Shown: piece after piece, positions 27,490-32,000 of the stretch
Numbering within the stretch: the stretch's first letter is position 1
Layout of the letters: every line of letters starts with the position of its first letter
Source of the DNA: Aliivibrio fischeri ES114
Lineage (GTDB): Bacteria > Pseudomonadota > Gammaproteobacteria > Enterobacterales > Vibrionaceae
Length of the DNA stretch: 32,000 bases
Assembly: GCF_000011805.1 (NCBI RefSeq)
Contig: NC_006841.2
Direction: 5' to 3' (one strand)
Program-made: the position numbers and the translations under genes
The notes under the pieces: model-generated
Told to the model about the DNA's origin: nothing
Seen by the model: the letters and a program-made list of their open reading frames with translations, nothing else
Databases searched by the model: none

Positions 27490-28893
27490 GTGAGTAAGAT
27501 CAGCTACCCACGCACGCAAACAAAAAGAGCAACTCAGAGTAAGTGTAGTGAGTTGATAAAACGCATCGATTATTTGCTTTTAAAAAGTCACTTAACCGAA
27601 GCTGAGCTTGAAGAGTTAATTGCCCTTATTGGTTGTATAAATTGGGCTTATGGTGCTCGAAGTTACAGGCTCAAAGCTCTCAGACGTATACACGAGTTAC
27701 GTCAAAAGGTGTTACATGAGCAAGATGAGCAATATCAACAAGAGCTAGACACCTATTATCAAAAGCAAGCTGAGTTAGAAGAGCAACGCAAAGCAGCTAT
27801 AGAGGCTGGAAACAACATCAATATGTTTGATGCCCAGCTAACGTCGTTACAGCAGAATATCGCCTTACATAATGCTTTCATCAAGAGCGCTAATGAACTG
27901 AAGCTAGAAATCCAAACTGCAACGTTACTGTTGACGTCTAGTCACGATGTACGTTCAAGTGCGGATAAACTAAATCAGCCGTTTGAAGATGACTCTTCTT
28001 TTAAGCCCTACAATTTTAAAGAGTTAGCTGATACTAATGGTTCTAAATACTATCACGACCAGTACGGTGAAATATTACGTGAGACCGACTTGGAACAAGT
28101 TGATATAACACAGTACGAAGATCGTGCTAAAAATATCAACAGGGATAAATTAATTTCGGACGCTGAACGGTCACAGTTAGAAAGTGAAGTGGATAACATC
28201 AACACTTTATCTATCGACGCGCGGAAAGCAATTTTTGATGGGTGGATGAAAGGTGGAATCACTCATCTTGATAACGAGTTTGAAGAACTAAAAGATGTTA
28301 ATAAGTGTATTCAAGTGCTAAATGACTTTGGTGTGATGTTTGATACGTACAGTGAGTTAGGAAAGCGAGGAGTTGGTCAGGAAATGTTCCATAAATATGG
28401 CTATCAAAAGGAGCATTATCCTCCATATTCATGCTTTACAGAAAGGTTGAAAATCGGCAAAGAGTCACGAGGCAGTATTCCGTTGATTGATGGGTTGAAT
28501 AACTACAATGAGAAAAAGGCTCTTTGCTTTGCGATTTTTGATGGTCAACACATTGATGAAGAACATTATAAAGTTACCCGTGCATCTGAAGCGTTTATGA
28601 AGGAACTACAGGCGAAAGGTGAGAATGCCACTTTAGGCCAATGGCTTGATAAAGCTGTTGAGTGGAATGCCGAAATTTTCACTGAACGCTTAGAGCGTGA
28701 TGCAAAAGAACCGTACGATAGGGATGCTCTGGCGAAACAAGGACGCAAAGCCGCTGTTGCCATGAGAAATGTTACACAAGCACACTTTGTTAGTTTGGAA
28801 GGTTCTAATGTATTGAGTCTCAAATTAGAAAATGGGAAACACAGAAACAAACTAAACCCAAAGACAGCGAGCAGGGACCAAAATGATTTATAA
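27490..28893 (+). CDS. 467-aa coiled-coil protein with an N-terminal topoisomerase IA active-site-like motif (ISYPRTQT)
   Basis: GTG start with an AGGGG ribosome-binding site. MSKISYPRTQTKRATQSKCSELIKRIDYLL is followed by a long helical region (ELRQKVLHEQDEQYQQELDTYYQKQAELEEQRKAAIEAG). A stop codon (TAG) lies in frame just upstream at 27484. Confidence 0.85.
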   Translation: MSKISYPRTQTKRATQSKCSELIKRIDYLLLKSHLTEAELEELIALIGCINWAYGARSYRLKALRRIHELRQKVLHEQDEQYQQELDTYYQKQAELEEQRKAAIEAGNNINMFDAQLTSLQQNIALHNAFIKSANELKLEIQTATLLLTSSHDVRSSADKLNQPFEDDSSFKPYNFKELADTNGSKYYHDQYGEILRETDLEQVDITQYEDRAKNINRDKLISDAERSQLESEVDNINTLSIDARKAIFDGWMKGGITHLDNEFEELKDVNKCIQVLNDFGVMFDTYSELGKRGVGQEMFHKYGYQKEHYPPYSCFTERLKIGKESRGSIPLIDGLNNYNEKKALCFAIFDGQHIDEEHYKVTRASEAFMKELQAKGENATLGQWLDKAVEWNAEIFTERLERDAKEPYDRDALAKQGRKAAVAMRNVTQAHFVSLEGSNVLSLKLENGKHRNKLNPKTASRDQNDL

Positions 28894-29860
28894 CCACGAA
28901 ATTTCACGCCTTCGTGAAACCAAAAATAGAGATGCAGTTCTGGCAATAATGGTCAGTGTTCCTGACAACGGCAGTATGCCTACGAGTGATGTTTATCTTG
29001 GTATCTTTGATGAAAGCAAGGATAGTGGCTTTTGCTTTTGGACAAACAGTACCGTACTGGATGCCGCTATGACTCTGTCTAACCAGTTCTGGTGTGTAGA
29101 TAATGAAGGGCATGTATTTACAACATCAACATTGGTTAACGCTCCTTTGGCAGTATTGGAGGACGTTTCTTTTGGTTATAAAAAAGAGTACCTCTCCAAA
29201 ATTAATGCTTATCGTTTTTCTGAGTTACCAATCAATACGTTATGGTGTTGTGATCGACTAACTATACTTGCAGACGAATCGGGTACAGTGTGTCATATCG
29301 AAGGTGACAAAGTCACGTTACACTCTCTGGATCTAATTCCATTATCTTTTTTTGGAAATGCTTACAATGATTTATATCTATATGGCCGAAAAGCGAAGCT
29401 TTGGCATTTCAATGGTATACAGTGGACTGAAATCGCATTGCCTGATGTTGGACTTGATCATTTAGCGATCTCTGGAGGAATTGTACTTAGTGACGGGAAT
29501 GTGATGTTTGTGACATCTTACGGATTTGTTTTCAAAGGTAATGCTAAAAAAGGATTTTCGCTACTCTCAACTCTTAAAAAACTTTATTCGGGAATCTGTC
29601 AGTATCAGGGGCGCTATTTTGTCAGCGCAAAAGATGAAGGGTTGTTTGAGGTGACGAATATTGATAATCAATGGCAATTTCATCTCATTTCACCAGCGCG
29701 GCTTCCTCTTTCACTTCATACAATGGGTCAGGAAGGGAACCAAGCTCTATTTATGGTGAGCGCATTGAATATTGGGAAACCGCATTTTGTTGTTGTGGAT
29801 CCAGGCAACAATTTTGGAGAAAAAGAAAGAGCATATAGTTGGGAGATAAACATTGAATAA
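28883..29860 (+). CDS. Probable beta-propeller protein of unknown function
   Basis: Repeated short strand-turn units (FWCVDNEGHVFTT; LTILADESGTVCHIEG; LWHFNGIQWTEIALP; VMFVTSYGFVFKG; YFVSAKDEGLFEVTN). Overlaps both neighbouring ORFs. Confidence 0.8.
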   Translation: MIYNHEISRLRETKNRDAVLAIMVSVPDNGSMPTSDVYLGIFDESKDSGFCFWTNSTVLDAAMTLSNQFWCVDNEGHVFTTSTLVNAPLAVLEDVSFGYKKEYLSKINAYRFSELPINTLWCCDRLTILADESGTVCHIEGDKVTLHSLDLIPLSFFGNAYNDLYLYGRKAKLWHFNGIQWTEIALPDVGLDHLAISGGIVLSDGNVMFVTSYGFVFKGNAKKGFSLLSTLKKLYSGICQYQGRYFVSAKDEGLFEVTNIDNQWQFHLISPARLPLSLHTMGQEGNQALFMVSALNIGKPHFVVVDPGNNFGEKERAYSWEINIE

Positions 29861-30443
29861 CATAACGATCGTACAGCAGATTGAAGAACTTTCTGTTTAT
29901 GCAAATTACCTAGATGAATCTGATCAACGCAAGCTGGTGGTTTGGTTCGAGTTGTTAAGAAATGCACTTCAAAGCAATGATTTAAATAAATCACAGAGAG
30001 AGTCGTTGTGTCGACTGATGGTTGCTCAATGTACGCCAAATCGTTGTAAGAATGCAGGTGCTGTATTGTTCTATGTTCCATATGCACTTCGCTGTTACTT
30101 TATCCTAGGAGACTTTTCTGAAGTAAATCTTAAGAGAATGAAGGAGTTATATGCATTATTAAACCCTGAAAATTTGATTGAGGTATTGGATTGCCACTTT
30201 TTCTTCCACCAACTCTTTGGCTTTCCCAAAAAGTTGGTGAGAATCATAGAAGATGCAGATAAACAGTCAGCTCAATCGTCTATGGATGTTAAAGCGTTTG
30301 TCTTTGCAATTAAACAAGCAAACACAATGACAATGGGAGCGATTAACAAGTTTGAATATTTACCAAGTATTAAATCAGATAGTGCTTGGAAAAAATTGCC
30401 GTGGTTGAAGTGGCAGTTGAGCACGATGAAAAACATAATGTAA
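29853..30443 (+). CDS. Unknown 196-aa protein, last gene of operon B
   Basis: Start overlaps the preceding stop region. Cohesive plus-strand operon member. Confidence 0.78.
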   Translation: MNNITIVQQIEELSVYANYLDESDQRKLVVWFELLRNALQSNDLNKSQRESLCRLMVAQCTPNRCKNAGAVLFYVPYALRCYFILGDFSEVNLKRMKELYALLNPENLIEVLDCHFFFHQLFGFPKKLVRIIEDADKQSAQSSMDVKAFVFAIKQANTMTMGAINKFEYLPSIKSDSAWKKLPWLKWQLSTMKNIM

Positions 30444-30671
30444 GGATATGGGAATGTTGAGATAAGGATAAATGTTTGATGAGCAGTTGAAGTTTGAATC
30501 TAGCAAGACTTAACATTTGATTAAAAATTATCTTCAAATTGAAGAACGATAATACATATTCTTATATTCTGGAAGATATTAGTTAGAGTAATATTTTAAA
30601 TACTATGATTATTAATCAAAAATATGGATTGTATAATCGAGTCCAGTAGCGGCTTTAATTTATTTAATGAA

Positions 30672-30692
30672 GAGGCAGCTTTACGCTGCCTC
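30672..30692. terminator. Hairpin between operon B and the convergent integrase gene
   Basis: GAGGCAGC-TTTAC-GCTGCCTC perfect 8-bp stem overlapping the integrase stop codon. Only a weak T-tract. Confidence 0.5.
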
Positions 30693-31880
30693 ATCTATAT
30701 AATTACTCCACCAGCACATAATCTCTTTTCTTTGTTCTAAATAATCAGAACGGTTGTAACTGGCTCTCACTTCATTTTGGTCGGCATGTGATAAACAAGC
30801 TTCAATCAATAAACTATCAAAACCGTACTCGTGAAGGGCAGTAGAAGCTATAGCACGCAATCCATGAGCAACTAACTCATCTTTTAGCCCAAGACTACGC
30901 TTTATGGCTGCATTTGCTGTAAACAAGCTTACATGGCTATTTATATCTCGCTCACCAGGAAAGACATAATCACATCGTTTGCTTTGTAATCGAATCTGAT
31001 TCAGAATGTTGATTGCTTGTGATGTCAGCGGTATACGGTGTTCTTTTCTGCGTTTCATATTCTCAGCAGGGATAGTCCATACGCCTTTTTCTAAATCAAT
31101 ATCTATCCAGCGAGTTGTTGCCGCTTCCTTTGGGCGCGTCATTGTGTGTAGCTGCCATAAAATGAGCAATTTAGTTTTAGTTTGTATTGTTGAACATGAA
31201 TGCAGTCGTTTTAAAAAATCAGGTAATTGCTCTGGCCGAATAGTAGGCATGTGCAAAACTGTATTTTTACGAAAAACTTTAATTATTTTTGCTAATGGAT
31301 TTGCGTGTATTAAACCGTGGTTAACTGAGTAATCCATGATTTGGTTAAGGCTTTGGCAAATTCGTTTAACCGTCGAGTATTTACCTTCTTTTTCTAGAGG
31401 TCGTAATACATCTATTGTTTCTACAGCAGTGATCGTAGCAACAGGAATTTTGCTCATATGAGGGAAAATATATTTTTCTAATGTCCGCCATTCCCGGTAT
31501 GAATGCGCAGGAGAAACCGTTTCTTTTTTTCGTTCAAACCATTGTTCTGCAACTACGATAAAAGTCGACGTCTGTACTCTTTTCGCCTCAAGCTCTTTAC
31601 TTTGTTCAAATGACTTAGGGTTGATTTTTTGAGCTAAGAGTGTTCGGTACTCAGTTGTTTTGGATCGAGCATTAGCAAGAGATAATTCAGGATAAGGGCC
31701 AAGTGCTATTTTCTGAATCTTTCTTGTTACAGGGTCACTGAATTTAAATTGCCATGATTTAGCCCCAGTTGGACGTACACGCAATTGTAATCCTTCACCA
31801 TCAGATAATGTAAATTCTTTCCCTGTTGGTGCTGCTGATTTTATCTTTCTATCAGTAAGACGAATTACTTGACGAGCCAT
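30681..31880 (-). CDS. P4-type tyrosine recombinase/integrase
   Basis: N-terminal DUF4102-like region (LTDRKIKSAAPTGKEFTLSDGEGLQLRVRPTGAKSWQFKF) and a catalytic domain with HGLRAIASTAL and LSHADQNEVRASYNR. Confidence 0.96.
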   Translation of the reverse strand: MARQVIRLTDRKIKSAAPTGKEFTLSDGEGLQLRVRPTGAKSWQFKFSDPVTRKIQKIALGPYPELSLANARSKTTEYRTLLAQKINPKSFEQSKELEAKRVQTSTFIVVAEQWFERKKETVSPAHSYREWRTLEKYIFPHMSKIPVATITAVETIDVLRPLEKEGKYSTVKRICQSLNQIMDYSVNHGLIHANPLAKIIKVFRKNTVLHMPTIRPEQLPDFLKRLHSCSTIQTKTKLLILWQLHTMTRPKEAATTRWIDIDLEKGVWTIPAENMKRRKEHRIPLTSQAINILNQIRLQSKRCDYVFPGERDINSHVSLFTANAAIKRSLGLKDELVAHGLRAIASTALHEYGFDSLLIEACLSHADQNEVRASYNRSDYLEQRKEIMCWWSNYIDEAA

Positions 31881-31930
31881 GATGATTACCTCAAAACTAG
31901 ATAGAAACAGTATATATTAGTTTTGGATCA

Positions 31931-31972
31931 TGGGGTACATCCTGGGGTACTAAAAATGCTGGCTTGGGGTAC
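31931..31972. repeat. Three direct copies of TGGGGTAC upstream of the integrase
   Basis: Copies at 31931-31938, 31943-31950 and 31965-31972. Confidence 0.85.
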
Positions 31973-32000
31973 TATTTAGTGGACGTTAATGGATTTACTT

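Noticed and set aside
21001-30443. Assignment of operon B to DISARM, BREX, Zorya, Druantia or Wadjet
   Set aside because: Hallmark genes are absent: no DUF1998 protein, no PglZ/PglX, no ZorAB MotAB-like pair, no DruE-like helicase recognised, no SMC-like JetC or JetD.
9934-30638. 11-bp inverted match GATTATACAAT (9934-9944) / ATTGTATAATC (30628-30638) near the cargo edges as possible att or TIRs
   Set aside because: Short, AT-rich and in inverted orientation, whereas tyrosine-integrase att sites are direct repeats. The right copy lies inside the integrase position, so it is probably chance.
1-32000. CRISPR arrays, tRNA or rRNA genes, insertion-sequence transposases
   Set aside because: No regular repeat-spacer structure, cloverleaf-like sequence or transposase ORF was recognised by eye. 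A tRNAscan-SE or CRISPR-finder run would be needed for certainty.

Overview
The left ~10 kb looks like ordinary chromosomal content. It holds the 3' end of an EAL-domain gene, two methyl-accepting chemotaxis proteins, pnuC with a nucleoside phosphorylase, a Crp/Fnr-type regulator, an untracked 47-aa SMP-like mini-protein and a large ankyrin-repeat protein. From about 10.0 kb to the right edge there is an integrative-island segment ending in a P4-type tyrosine recombinase (30681-31880, minus). It carries two tightly packed plus-strand operons. Operon A (10063-20608) is HTH/excisionase-like, HsdM1, DUF262/HNH (GmrSD-like), HsdM2, HsdS, HsdR, membrane coiled-coil protein: a type I R-M system with a second MTase and an embedded type-IV-like nuclease. 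Operon B (21001-30443) is the main novelty candidate. It encodes an unknown 549-aa protein, a 1354-aa SF1 (DNA2/UPF1-like) helicase fused to a type IA topoisomerase-like TOPRIM region, two small ORFs that continue the topoisomerase IA fold (AHEPI, GRPSTYA), a 467-aa coiled-coil protein whose extreme N-terminus reads ISYPRTQT (like the catalytic-tyrosine motif otherwise missing from the topoisomerase), a probable beta-propeller protein and a 196-aa unknown. I read this as a dissected type IA topoisomerase-helicase system. I cannot match it confidently to a named defence system. I also found a decayed P4-type integrase remnant at about 4411-4552 that aligns by eye with the intact integrase gene. 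All homology statements come from motif recognition and eye alignment; no searches were run.
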